A stretch of 64,000 bases of DNA. Origin: a virus. Made by a program: the position numbers and the translations under genes. Below the pieces are notes generated by a model. The model had not been told where the DNA came from. It made no database searches and worked only from the letters and a program-made list of their open reading frames with translations. Of the stretch, positions 5,771 through 14,673 are shown piece after piece (within the stretch, counting starts at the first letter, position 1; each line of letters opens with the position of its first letter). The DNA lies in the IMG/VR virus record IMGVR_UViG_3300045988_168437; one strand, written 5' to 3'.

Positions 5771-6718
5771 ATGAGTAATTGTTATAAAGAGTTTTTAGGA
5801 TATATGAAAGATGTGCAAGGAGTTGATAATAAAACTCTAGTATGTTACGAAAAAAATTTAAAAGACTTTAACGAGTATATTTTTGGCGGGAAAGCAGATA
5901 CTACTTTTGAAGAAATAGCAAACTTAAAAGTATCTGAAATACAAACAAAATGGCTCAATAGACTTAAAGATGAAAAAGGATATAAATCAAATACCTTAAA
6001 TAACCGCATAATTACACTTACAAGACTTTACACATATATGGTAGGAGAAAACTATACTACTGTAAATAAAGGCAAACTAATACCTCATTACAAAGGCGAC
6101 AAGAAAGTTAAAAAAGAAATATCAACTGATGATTATATATCTTTATTAGAAGAACTTAGAAAAAATAGAGATAAAAACTTCACTAGTCTTAGAAATTGGT
6201 TTATGGTAGAATTCTTTTTAGCAACTGGACTTCGTAGAGCGGAAATCATAGCATTAGACATCGAAGATGTAAATATTCTTACTGGTGAAATAAAAGTCAC
6301 TAGAAAATATGACGAAGGTGTTAAATTTGGTAAAGAAAGAATAGAGTATCTTCCAGAAATACTTTTAGATGATTTACACTATTATCTTTCACGCAGATTA
6401 GACATAGAAACAGATAGTGATGCTTTCTTTATTTCTACTCATAAGAAAAGAATGTGTGCATCTAATATCAATAAGTTGCTTAATAAGATAGCAGATAATA
6501 ACGGCATGAAAATACACCCTCATATGCTTAGAGCGGGATTTTCAAGCAATACCATTAATAGTGGTAGGGTAGAATCATATGAAGTCGCAGAAGCGATGGG
6601 ACACAGTAATAAGACTACTACTTTGAACTATTATCATAAGTCTAATACAGAAGTATTAAAGAAAGTTGCCAACAGTAATATGATATTTGACAAAAGACAA
6701 GATGATAATGTAATATAA
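5771..6718 (+). CDS. tyrosine recombinase / integrase (XerC/D-like)
   Basis: LATGLRRAEIIALDIEDV (Arg box), HPHMLRAGF (HxLR), GHSNKTTTLNYYH (GH..Y) catalytic signature. Confidence 0.85.
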   Translation: MSNCYKEFLGYMKDVQGVDNKTLVCYEKNLKDFNEYIFGGKADTTFEEIANLKVSEIQTKWLNRLKDEKGYKSNTLNNRIITLTRLYTYMVGENYTTVNKGKLIPHYKGDKKVKKEISTDDYISLLEELRKNRDKNFTSLRNWFMVEFFLATGLRRAEIIALDIEDVNILTGEIKVTRKYDEGVKFGKERIEYLPEILLDDLHYYLSRRLDIETDSDAFFISTHKKRMCASNINKLLNKIADNNGMKIHPHMLRAGFSSNTINSGRVESYEVAEAMGHSNKTTTLNYYHKSNTEVLKKVANSNMIFDKRQDDNVI

Positions 6719-6751
6719 AAATAGTATAAATAAAACATAGAGGTGATTAAT

Positions 6752-7441
6752 ATGATGAAAAACAAAAACTCAATTGGGTTCTATATAGAAAGTTTAGGAT
6801 TCGATTTAGATAAAGTTTGGGATTTTGAAAAGAATACAAAAAATCCTGATGAAGTGACAAAAATGTCAAATGTTGAAATATGGTTAAAATGTGTTAATCA
6901 TGATTATCACGGCAGTTATAAAACAACTGCTAAGGCTTACTATTATTCCTCTTCTACAGAGGGATATGGTTGCCCTTACTGTTCTAAAATAAGTCCAAAT
7001 AGAAAGGTCCACATACTTGATAGTTTTGCATATAAACATCAAGATTGGGCAAAATGGTGGGATAGTTCTAATAAGAAAACTCCTTTTGAATGCAAAGGAA
7101 ATGAACAACATGAGACATTTAAATTTACTTGTCCTGTTTGTGGATATAGTTTTGAAAGTACATTAATGTTCCTTTCCGATTTAAAATTTAAACATGTATG
7201 TGAATCAGATAAAACAAGAGGTAAGGGGTATGATGAATATCAAGACTATAGAAAACAACAACAGTTTGAAAGGGCAGCAAAGCATATAAAGAAATCTGGT
7301 AAAGGAGAATGGGAACTTATAGAATTCAATGGAACAAACAGACCTGGTACTGTTAAGCATCATTGTGGAGCAACTAAGACAGTTACTAGAATATCTTCTT
7401 TATATAATAAAAATATAGTTTGTCCTAATTGTGATAAATAG
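6752..7441 (+). CDS. zinc-ribbon protein (DUF4379-like repeats)
   Basis: ATG 6752 after SD GAGGTGA; W.KC...H.......GCPYCS plus CPVCG...CPNC motifs. Confidence 0.6.
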   Translation: MMKNKNSIGFYIESLGFDLDKVWDFEKNTKNPDEVTKMSNVEIWLKCVNHDYHGSYKTTAKAYYYSSSTEGYGCPYCSKISPNRKVHILDSFAYKHQDWAKWWDSSNKKTPFECKGNEQHETFKFTCPVCGYSFESTLMFLSDLKFKHVCESDKTRGKGYDEYQDYRKQQQFERAAKHIKKSGKGEWELIEFNGTNRPGTVKHHCGATKTVTRISSLYNKNIVCPNCDK

Positions 7442-7470
7442 TTGACATACTTATAAAAAAATAGTAAGAT
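7442..7470 (+). promoter_or_regulatory. sigma70-type promoter
   Basis: TTGACA 7442-7447, 17 bp, TAAGAT 7465-7470; 160-nt leader follows. Confidence 0.55.
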
Positions 7471-7631
7471 AAAAAAAAGAGGTAGATGTCGAACCCATCT
7501 ACCTTAAACAATATTGATATAATCAATCTTTAGAATTGTTTTTAGAGTTAATCTTTTTAAATTGTATTTTTATAATACCATAAAAGGATTGATTATGTCA
7601 AGAAGTACTGCTATTTTTTAAGGAGAATTTT

Positions 7632-8588
7632 ATGAAAAAAAAGGAAGAGAAATTAGAACACTTAAGAGAATACGGCATAGTCAATTTAAATGACGGCAGA
7701 TTAGTATTTTCGGCTTGTCATGATGTATCAAAAGAAGAAAATCTTACGATAATTAACGATTTAAACAAAGAAGACAAAGAAAAGAGAAACAAAATATTAG
7801 AATTCAAAAGATTTAATAGAAAGTTAGGAGGATTTTATTTTATGGTTTACAGTAATAACAAAGCTTTATTTTCTGAAATTCCAGAAGTTAAAAATGGGGA
7901 CTTACCTAAATTGCTTTATTTAGCCTCATACATGGATTATGAGAATAGACATGGGAATAAGATATGTAAGGTAATAGGAGGAAATAAAAAAGTCCCTATG
8001 CCTAAGAGAGAAGTTTTTAAGTTAATAAGATTTGCAGATTCAACAAAGGCAAAAAATTGGTTTTTAAAAATGGAGAAATTAGGACTATTATATATTTATG
8101 ATGATTCAGTAGAACTAAATGAAAAATATTTTATTAAAGGCTGTACTGGAACAGAATATAAATATAGTCGAGTTTATATTAACACGATAAGGGGATTATA
8201 TACTAATTGTGATTTAAGAAAACATAGACAAATTGGCTTAATATTAAGACTATTGCCTTATATGAATATAAATTCAAATATACTTTGTAGCACTAGTGAA
8301 GATGAAATTCACAAACTAGATAGATATGAAATTGCAGAAATACTTGATGTAAAAGACGATAAGAGAAATTTATCTAAAATGATAAGAACTCTTTTAAATC
8401 TTAAAGTTGATTTTGAAAATTATAAATTGCAGGTATTTAAATTAGTAAAAGTATATGACACCAATTTTGTTGAAGAATATTTTGTAGTCAATCCAATTTT
8501 AGCATATAAAGGAGATGACTATTATAAGATGCAAGAAATCCTAAAAACATATTTCTTTGATGAAGATGATATTAAAATAATAAGATAA
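7632..8588 (+). CDS. Rep-like replication initiator candidate (paralog 1)
   Basis: 318 aa; paralog of 16073-17008 (LGGFYFMVY/LGGFIHVCY, LLYLASYMDYEN/LIYLATYIDYNN, YFVVNPILAYKGDD/YFITNPLLIWKGND); followed by an iteron array. The Rep function is inferred from context only. Confidence 0.5.
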   Translation: MKKKEEKLEHLREYGIVNLNDGRLVFSACHDVSKEENLTIINDLNKEDKEKRNKILEFKRFNRKLGGFYFMVYSNNKALFSEIPEVKNGDLPKLLYLASYMDYENRHGNKICKVIGGNKKVPMPKREVFKLIRFADSTKAKNWFLKMEKLGLLYIYDDSVELNEKYFIKGCTGTEYKYSRVYINTIRGLYTNCDLRKHRQIGLILRLLPYMNINSNILCSTSEDEIHKLDRYEIAEILDVKDDKRNLSKMIRTLLNLKVDFENYKLQVFKLVKVYDTNFVEEYFVVNPILAYKGDDYYKMQEILKTYFFDEDDIKIIR

Positions 8589-8659
8589 ATAGATTCGCTC
8601 TGATTAATTTCAGGGCGATTTTTAATATTTTTGAACATTGGTGTATTTGAGGACGATTT

Positions 8660-8766
8660 TAAAAAAGTAAAAACCACTCTCAAAAGCCAATAAAGAGTGG
8701 TTCGCATAAATAATAGTTAATACTTCAAGAACTTCCACTCTACTACCAATAGAATGTAGTTCTCTT
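8660..8766 (-). ncRNA. candidate sRNA-1 (promoter to terminator, about 105 nt)
   Basis: Minus-strand promoter TTGTAA(8795-8800 rc)-16-TGaTATAAT(8773-8778 rc); terminator stem 8672-8680/8694-8702 followed on the minus strand by UUUUUACUUUUUU; no ORF or SD. Confidence 0.5.
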
Positions 8767-8772
8767 TTTTTA

Positions 8773-8800
8773 ATTATATCATATATGGAAAATTTTACAA
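8773..8800 (-). promoter_or_regulatory. extended -10 promoter of sRNA-1
   Basis: Reverse complement reads TTGTAA-16 nt-TGATATAAT. Confidence 0.55.
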
Positions 8801-8859
8801 TAGTTTTTTTACAAATAATAAATTTAATGTTTTTGAACCTTAGTGTATTTGAGGACGAT

Positions 8860-8966
8860 TTTAAAAAATAAAAAACCACTCAAATGCCGATAAGAGTGGT
8901 TTAAACTAAAAAAATTTTTATCTTAAGGAACTATCCATCTAAGGCTAAATAGAATGCAGTTCTCTT
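8860..8966 (-). ncRNA. candidate sRNA-2 (tandem paralog of sRNA-1)
   Basis: Promoter TTGCAA(8996-9001)-17-TGaTATAAT(8973-8978 rc); terminator stem 8873-8881/8894-8902 plus U-run; loop UUAUCGGCAUUU versus UUAUUGGCUUUUG in sRNA-1. Confidence 0.5.
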
Positions 8967-8972
8967 ATTTTT

Positions 8973-9001
8973 ATTATATCATGTATAGAAAAATTTTGCA
9001 A
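8973..9001 (-). promoter_or_regulatory. extended -10 promoter of sRNA-2
   Basis: Reverse complement reads TTGCAA-17 nt-TGATATAAT. Confidence 0.55.
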
Positions 9002-9521
9002 GAATTTATTTTTTAAACAACTTCATGTTTTTGAACATCAGTATATTTGAGGCAGACTTTTTTATATAAAATCCATGTTTTTAAACATTAGTGTATTTGA
9101 GGACGATTTTAAAAAAACACATTAAAAACATTGATATTTCAACGATTGCATAGCAATAGGATTTGATTAGGTTAAATTTAATGGTCTACTTTGAGGCAGA
9201 AAAAAACAACGATTTTGACACTTTGAGGCAGATTTTTAAAATGGCAGAGAATGTTGATATTTCAACAATAACTCCAATTTTAGGTAGTTGTATCATTATT
9301 ATTATTCTCTCTATATAGCTAACGCCAAATTCTTTTCCGATAAACGAGAAATATTCTTTAAATTTTCCCAAGCGATTAATTAGTTTTCGTGATATAAAAA
9401 CACATGGAAAATTCTGTTCAGATTTATTTTTATCTTCCCTCACTTCATAACAAATAGATAAGATAGAAACAACTAGATGTTCAGTCCAGCTAAAAAACAT
9501 CTGAACTTTTACAAATTATTC

Positions 9522-9550
9522 TTGACATTTTTATATTAAAATACTATAAT
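9522..9550 (+). promoter_or_regulatory. sigma70-type promoter
   Basis: TTGACA 9522-9527, 17 bp, TATAAT 9545-9550. Confidence 0.7.
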
Positions 9551-9582
9551 CTACTTATAAACAGTAAAGGAGAGATTCAATC

Positions 9583-9615
9583 ATGAAAAATAACTCTTCA
9601 TTTTATAGGAAATAA
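9583..9615 (+). CDS. 10-codon upstream ORF (MKNNSSFYRK)
   Basis: Strong SD aaaggagag 7 nt upstream of ATG 9583, located in the leader of the 9663 gene. Confidence 0.3.
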   Translation: MKNNSSFYRK

Positions 9616-9662
9616 GGGTTTTATACTTGTTGTATAATTCCCAAATAAAAAGGAGAAGGAAA

Positions 9663-10580
9663 ATGAAAGAAATCAATATTTATAACGAAAAAAAAGTAGA
9701 AGAAGTTATGTCAACATGGAAACCAACTGCAAGGAATTCTGCTAAAGGTGGTTATAAAAAATTACTTTTTTACTTAAAAAGAGAAGGTTCTTTAAAAGTA
9801 AAAGGGAAAAACTATTATACAACAAAAGACATGTTAGACAGATATTTAGAAGAGACAACAAATAAGAGTTCGTATCAGGCTATGAGTATTATTAAAACTT
9901 ATATGAACAAACTGTTTAGAGAGTTGGAAATTGATTATCAATTCGAAGCAATATCTAGTAAGCAATACATTAGAAATACAGACTTTTACAACAAAGAAGA
10001 AGTAAAACAAATAGCTCTATTAACTAGAAATGCACAGGATAGATTTATAATCTACGGACTGTTTAGCGGTCTAAAAGGCAGCAAGTTTTGTGAGTTATTA
10101 GATTTAAAAACGAAAGACATAGATTTTAAGCACAATCTAATTAAAATAAACAATAGAAAAATAGAAATGGATGAATTCATGACTATGATAGCTAAAGATA
10201 CAGTTAATCAAGAAATTTATTATAAGAAAGGGGAGAAAGAAAACACTAGTAAGTCATCTATGTTTTATGAACTTAATATGCATAGTGAATATGTTTTAAA
10301 ACCAAAGCCATACGCTAAAAACAATAAAGGTTTAAAGCCATTTAGTTTATGTGGATTTAAAACAAAGCTAGAAAAAATAAGTGCAGATTTAGAGGATTCT
10401 AGTTTTTATCCAGTTTTAGCAGACAAACTGTATAAGTCAGGAATCTTATATCAAATGAAAAAAATAGAAGAAGAAACAGGTATAGTATGGAAAAATAAAA
10501 ATCTTGATGACTGGAAAAAAACAGAAGGCTTAATTTTTGGTACTTCTGAAATTCTAAATATCTATAGACAAATGAATTAA
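9663..10580 (+). CDS. hypothetical protein, weak tyrosine-recombinase-like box
   Basis: ATG 9663 after SD aaaaggagaagg. IIYGLFSGLKGSKFCELLDLKTKDIDF resembles recombinase box I with K in place of R; no clear HxxR or Tyr box. Confidence 0.55.
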   Translation: MKEINIYNEKKVEEVMSTWKPTARNSAKGGYKKLLFYLKREGSLKVKGKNYYTTKDMLDRYLEETTNKSSYQAMSIIKTYMNKLFRELEIDYQFEAISSKQYIRNTDFYNKEEVKQIALLTRNAQDRFIIYGLFSGLKGSKFCELLDLKTKDIDFKHNLIKINNRKIEMDEFMTMIAKDTVNQEIYYKKGEKENTSKSSMFYELNMHSEYVLKPKPYAKNNKGLKPFSLCGFKTKLEKISADLEDSSFYPVLADKLYKSGILYQMKKIEEETGIVWKNKNLDDWKKTEGLIFGTSEILNIYRQMN

Positions 10581-10603
10581 CATTTCGGAAAGGGTTTTGT
10601 TGT

Positions 10604-10945
10604 ATGTTAAGAAATATTGAGGGAAATAATGTTTTAGATATGCTAAAAACATTAGAAAGAGTAGAAAAAAATAAAACAAATGAGGAATATTATATTCCTA
10701 AGTTTAAGCAACTAAAAGGGTTTTTATACAGAAAAGAAATACTTAAAGCAATAGAAGTATTCGAAGAACTTTTTAGTGAAAAAATCAATATCTGTTTTAG
10801 AGACATACTGACACAATATTTAAGAAACAAAACTAAGGCAGATATTGACAAAGACATTCAAAGATGGATGACAGAATATAAAAATAGAGCCGAATGGGGG
10901 TTCATAACTTGTATAGGAGCAGAAATGCATAAAAACATAGGCTAG
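10604..10945 (+). CDS. hypothetical protein
   Basis: 113-aa ORF. Confidence 0.55.
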   Translation: MLRNIEGNNVLDMLKTLERVEKNKTNEEYYIPKFKQLKGFLYRKEILKAIEVFEELFSEKINICFRDILTQYLRNKTKADIDKDIQRWMTEYKNRAEWGFITCIGAEMHKNIG

Positions 10946-10973
10946 GGTTCTCCCTAGTCTTTAGGAGGTAATT

Positions 10974-11501
10974 ATGGAGCAAAATAAATTACGTTGCAGT
11001 TGGTGTCAATATCATATTCATGAAGGCATAGGTTATAAGCCTTGTCCTAATTTAGACCATGATAAAATACAGTTAAGACCACAAGTGTTTAATGGGTATT
11101 CTGGGGCATATGACAGTTGTGAAATATGTTCACATTATAAGTCTGCGAAATGGATTAAAAATCCAACATTTACAAATATAGAAGATTATATAGAGTTCTT
11201 AGATAAAGAATGGTATGAACCTAGTAATTATCAAAAGGCAATCGGCATTAGTAATCTTAAACAATTCAGATATGTAAGCATAAGAATACCTTCTGAAGAT
11301 TTAGAAATAGAAGTACCTTTGATACATTGGTTAAAGGGCACTTGGAGAAACGAAAATAAAATAAGATATAAAAAAATTAGCAGATTAATCAAAAATAAAA
11401 AAGGCGAATATTATAAAATGGAATTAATAGATACTGTCAACATAAAAACCGATGAAGTTTATCATGGCGAGTTTAAATGGCATGAATTAAAGGAGAAATA
11501 A
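10974..11501 (+). CDS. hypothetical protein, Cys/His-rich N-terminus
   Basis: 175-aa ORF, SD taggaggt; CSWCQYHIH...CPNLDH...CEIC. Confidence 0.6.
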   Translation: MEQNKLRCSWCQYHIHEGIGYKPCPNLDHDKIQLRPQVFNGYSGAYDSCEICSHYKSAKWIKNPTFTNIEDYIEFLDKEWYEPSNYQKAIGISNLKQFRYVSIRIPSEDLEIEVPLIHWLKGTWRNENKIRYKKISRLIKNKKGEYYKMELIDTVNIKTDEVYHGEFKWHELKEK

Positions 11502-11503
11502 TT

Positions 11504-11701
11504 ATGAGAACTTTTAAATTCACAAAGAAAGAACAACAATTATTAAGAGATGTCTATGATATGGGGATGGGGCAGATGTGTCGTAGTGGTTGTTATATTG
11601 AGAAATATCAAAATAACCCAAGAATAAGTTGTTATACCAACTGTAAGTTTTATAAAGAAATGTGGGACTTATGGGAAAGATTAGAAAATGAATGTGAGTA
11701 A
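11504..11701 (+). CDS. hypothetical small Cys-rich protein
   Basis: 65-aa ORF coupled to the upstream stop. Confidence 0.55.
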   Translation: MRTFKFTKKEQQLLRDVYDMGMGQMCRSGCYIEKYQNNPRISCYTNCKFYKEMWDLWERLENECE

Positions 11702-11718
11702 GAAATGGAGATGATTAG

Positions 11719-12639
11719 ATGAATAATTACAGTACAGAAACTAAGAAAAGATTTTGTAAAGATTTTGATATTCCAATAAAAATTTTTAGCGAGCCTTACT
11801 GGAGTTACTTGACAAACTTATATGAAAACTATTTTGGATTGTCAGATAAGCTTGCTTTACTAGATGAAGAAATCAGTAAATGCAATTCAGAGCAAGAGTT
11901 TTTAGATAAAATGTTTCATCTTAGAGACGATATTATAACAAAAACAAAAGAGACGGATGCTTATAAACATTTTTTAGAAATGGATATGAATAAATATGGA
12001 GTTAAAACAAAATATTCTAGTAAACATATTTACAACAATCAGAATATTGGACAGGTGTTTATATCTATTGATTTAGTAAAGGCTAATTTCCAAGCATTAA
12101 AACATATAGACAAAGAACTTGTATTCGGCTCTAAAACCTACGGAGAGTATCTTGGTAGATTTACCAATAGTAAGTATCTAAAAGAGAGTAAAAGACTAAG
12201 ACAGGTCATTTTTGGGAATATGAATCCTAAGCGACAAGTTACAGTAGAAAAATTTCTAATGAAGCAAGTCCTAGACTTGTTAGAAAGAAAATATGAATTA
12301 GGGACAATAGTTTCTTTTTCTAATGATGAAATCATATATCAAGCAGATGATTTTGTTGCAGAATATTTAACTAATTTTCTTCCTGAAAATATAAAAAACA
12401 TAGTAAAGGCAAATTTAGGATTAGATGTTCGTGTTGAAATATTTAAACTTTGCAAAATAGAAAATTCAGACTTTTATGTAAAAGAAAATGTTAATACCAA
12501 TGATTATAAATTGATGTGCGTACCATCTAATTATTTTGCTCAAGCATATAAAAAATATAATGGACTAAAAATTATTGATATGGATTTGGCTTTTTGGTAT
12601 GAAAATCAATTATGTAAATTTATGAATCCATTGTTTTAA
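11719..12639 (+). CDS. hypothetical protein (faint family-A polymerase-like motifs)
   Basis: 306 aa; FISIDLVKANFQAL, KRLRQVIFGNMNPKR and VSFSNDEIIYQADD loosely recall PolA motifs A/B/C, but key residues and spacing differ. Confidence 0.55.
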   Translation: MNNYSTETKKRFCKDFDIPIKIFSEPYWSYLTNLYENYFGLSDKLALLDEEISKCNSEQEFLDKMFHLRDDIITKTKETDAYKHFLEMDMNKYGVKTKYSSKHIYNNQNIGQVFISIDLVKANFQALKHIDKELVFGSKTYGEYLGRFTNSKYLKESKRLRQVIFGNMNPKRQVTVEKFLMKQVLDLLERKYELGTIVSFSNDEIIYQADDFVAEYLTNFLPENIKNIVKANLGLDVRVEIFKLCKIENSDFYVKENVNTNDYKLMCVPSNYFAQAYKKYNGLKIIDMDLAFWYENQLCKFMNPLF

Positions 12640-12658
12640 CATAAATAGGAGGGAACAT

Positions 12659-12913
12659 ATGAAGTTTTATAAGACAAAAAGAAATGAGTTAAATGACAAA
12701 TTGAGGAATACAGAAACTATGGAGCAGCTACTCTCTTTAGAAGGTGAAGCTCTATGTTATGGATTCGGGTTTTATTCCAAACGTTGCCAAGATAGGCAAA
12801 TAGGAAACTTTAGAGATGGAGTTAACGACAAAGTCCAATATCTTTATATAGAGGATAAAAAAATAGGACATTCTCAAATAAAGAATTTATATAAATATTT
12901 TGAAATCAGATAA
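12659..12913 (+). CDS. hypothetical protein
   Basis: 84-aa ORF, SD taggaggg. Confidence 0.6.
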   Translation: MKFYKTKRNELNDKLRNTETMEQLLSLEGEALCYGFGFYSKRCQDRQIGNFRDGVNDKVQYLYIEDKKIGHSQIKNLYKYFEIR

Positions 12914-12924
12914 AGGAGGCTATC

Positions 12925-13623
12925 ATGAATTTTAAAACAGATGAAGAAAGAAATAACTTTGTAATAGACAATATGAGCCTTGTACCATTTTTAGTAAATA
13001 GATATTTCATGAATTATGTTGGAATAGATTCTGCATGGGGATATGAGGATATTTTACAGCTTGGATATATTTCATTAATAAAAGCTACAAATAAATTTGA
13101 TGAAGATGTAAATATAAAATTTTCATATTGGCTAAGACTTTTCATGAAAAGAGAATTTCAAAACACTTTTAGAGAAGTCAGATGTGGAATCAGATATAAG
13201 AGAGACATACCTAAGAAAAGAGATATGGTAATTAAATTAGCAAATAATGGGTTTACAGATAAAGAAATATCTAAAAAGACAGGAATGTCTTTAAAAGATA
13301 TAGATAGCATGAAACAAATCTCATATAATGGCATCAGTTTAGATGCATTAGACGATGACGGAGAAGAAACAGATTTTACATCTATTGACAGACTTATGTA
13401 TAAATCTAAGAATTATTCTACTTTAGATATAGAAGAAGATATCTTAGAAGGCTTTTCAGAGCGAGATAAAGACATTTTTAAATTAGCTAAAATAGGTGGG
13501 TTTACACATAAAGAAATTGCTAAAAAATATAATATGTCTGCTAAGAATGTTGGAAGAATAATATGCGATATAAAAAAAGGAATGAAAGAAAAGATAAATC
13601 CAGATATGAAAAAAGTTAGCTAA
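12925..13623 (+). CDS. sigma-70 family RNA polymerase sigma factor
   Basis: Region 2-like YEDILQLGYISLIKATNKFDEDVNIKFSYWLRLFMKREF and region 4 HTH FSERDKDIFKLAKIGGFTHKEIAKKYNMSAKNVGRII. Confidence 0.8.
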   Translation: MNFKTDEERNNFVIDNMSLVPFLVNRYFMNYVGIDSAWGYEDILQLGYISLIKATNKFDEDVNIKFSYWLRLFMKREFQNTFREVRCGIRYKRDIPKKRDMVIKLANNGFTDKEISKKTGMSLKDIDSMKQISYNGISLDALDDDGEETDFTSIDRLMYKSKNYSTLDIEEDILEGFSERDKDIFKLAKIGGFTHKEIAKKYNMSAKNVGRIICDIKKGMKEKINPDMKKVS

Positions 13624-13638
13624 ATTTAAAAAATAAAG

Positions 13639-13667
13639 TTGACAAACTAGTATAAAAAACATATAAT
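13639..13667 (+). promoter_or_regulatory. sigma70-type promoter
   Basis: TTGACA 13639-13644, 17 bp, TATAAT 13662-13667. Confidence 0.7.
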
Positions 13668-13735
13668 ATAATTAGTTAAATGCTTAATAGAATTTAACAT
13701 AAATAACAAATTTCCTCATATATCTTATCTATCTC

Positions 13736-13770
13736 GGCTCAAGATTATCCCCCTTGAGCCTATTTTTTTT
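13736..13770 (+). terminator. intrinsic terminator inside the 5' leader of the Bro-N gene
   Basis: Stem GGCUCAAG 13736-13743 / CUUGAGCC 13753-13760, loop AUUAUCCCC, then UAUUUUUUUU; lies about 70 nt downstream of the promoter and 40 nt upstream of ATG 13809. Confidence 0.7.
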
Positions 13771-13808
13771 AAGTATTTGACTGAACTATAAAGATTGGAG
13801 AATGTAAA

Positions 13809-14660
13809 ATGAATGAATTAATAAAAGTATTTAATTTTGAAGGAAAAGAATTAGAAGTATTAATGTATAACAATGAAGCTTTATTTAATCCAAGAGATGT
13901 TGGGAGATGTTTAGAAATCTCTGATGTAACAGTTAGAAGACATATGCAAAATATGAATCAAAAACAATTCATTAAGCTTACAAATTCAGATGTTCAAGAT
14001 ATGAACTTCCGAAAATTAAATAATGCAGGAGAAAATTTCTTAACAGAATCTGGTGTTTATAAGCTTATTTTTAAGTCCCATAAAGAATCCGCAGAAAAAT
14101 TTCAAGACTGGATAACAGATGAAGTTCTTCCAAGTATAAGAAAACATGGAACATATATGACAGATAATGTATTAGAACAAGCAATATCAAACCCAGATTT
14201 TTTAATAGGATTACTACAAAATTTAAAAGAAGAACAACAACAAAGAAAGATAGCAGAAGAAAAAGCTAAAGCATTAGAAATTGAAGTAGACCATAAAGAG
14301 GATGTTATTGTTGGTCTTTGTCAAGATATATCTTTAGCAGAAAAAAGACAAAGAATAAAACAAATTATAAATCATAATTCAAACGGCAGATATTCAGATA
14401 GATATAATCTTTTATATAAAGAATTCCAAGATAAATATCATATAGACTTAAAAAGACGTATGAATAATCTTGAAGTCAAATCAATTAGTGAGAATAGGCA
14501 TCATGAAGACATTAAGATTACATCAAAAATTAAGACTAACAAAATGGAGTACATAGATAAAATATTATGTATGATTCCTGAACTATACGAAATCAGCTGC
14601 AAGATATTTGAAAACGATGTCGCAGAACTAATGAAAGAATGGGAAACAACAATAGTATAA
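13809..14660 (+). CDS. Bro-N domain antirepressor-like protein
   Basis: FNFEGKELEVL...ALFNPRDVGRCLEI...FLTESGVYKLIFKSHKESAEKFQDWITDEVLPSIRKHGTYM is the typical Bro-N / phage antirepressor signature. Confidence 0.8.
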   Translation: MNELIKVFNFEGKELEVLMYNNEALFNPRDVGRCLEISDVTVRRHMQNMNQKQFIKLTNSDVQDMNFRKLNNAGENFLTESGVYKLIFKSHKESAEKFQDWITDEVLPSIRKHGTYMTDNVLEQAISNPDFLIGLLQNLKEEQQQRKIAEEKAKALEIEVDHKEDVIVGLCQDISLAEKRQRIKQIINHNSNGRYSDRYNLLYKEFQDKYHIDLKRRMNNLEVKSISENRHHEDIKITSKIKTNKMEYIDKILCMIPELYEISCKIFENDVAELMKEWETTIV

Positions 14661-14673
14661 ATTGGAGGCAAAA

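Larger units (their letters stand above)
8625..9265 (+). repeat. iteron array / putative origin region
   Basis: Six direct copies of TTTGAGG(AC/CA)GA at 8646, 8848, 9046, 9096, 9190 and 9232; about 200-bp tandem units 8625-8825 and 8827-9015; palindrome TTGATATTTCAA at 9131-9142 and 9254-9265. Confidence 0.7.

Noticed and set aside
7480-7504. Hairpin AGGUAGAUG-UCGAACC-CAUCUACCU with a T-loop-like UCGAACC, considered as a tRNA fragment or attP core
   Set aside because: A 9-bp continuous stem is not tRNA T-arm/acceptor geometry, and no cloverleaf can be drawn from the flanks. It is treated as a simple leader hairpin.
8625-9265. Possible CRISPR array because of regularly recurring about 35-nt boxes
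   Set aside because: Repeat spacing is irregular (about 200, 200, 50, 94 and 42 bp), the inter-repeat segments are themselves homologous between units, and no cas genes or leader are present.
8522-9500. Three minus-strand ORFs (8522-8707, 8622-8879, 9186-9500) in the region downstream of Rep paralog 1
   Set aside because: They run through tandem repeats, promoters and terminator hairpins. They lack SDs, and two are partial translations of the same repeat unit. The region is better explained as iterons plus sRNA genes.
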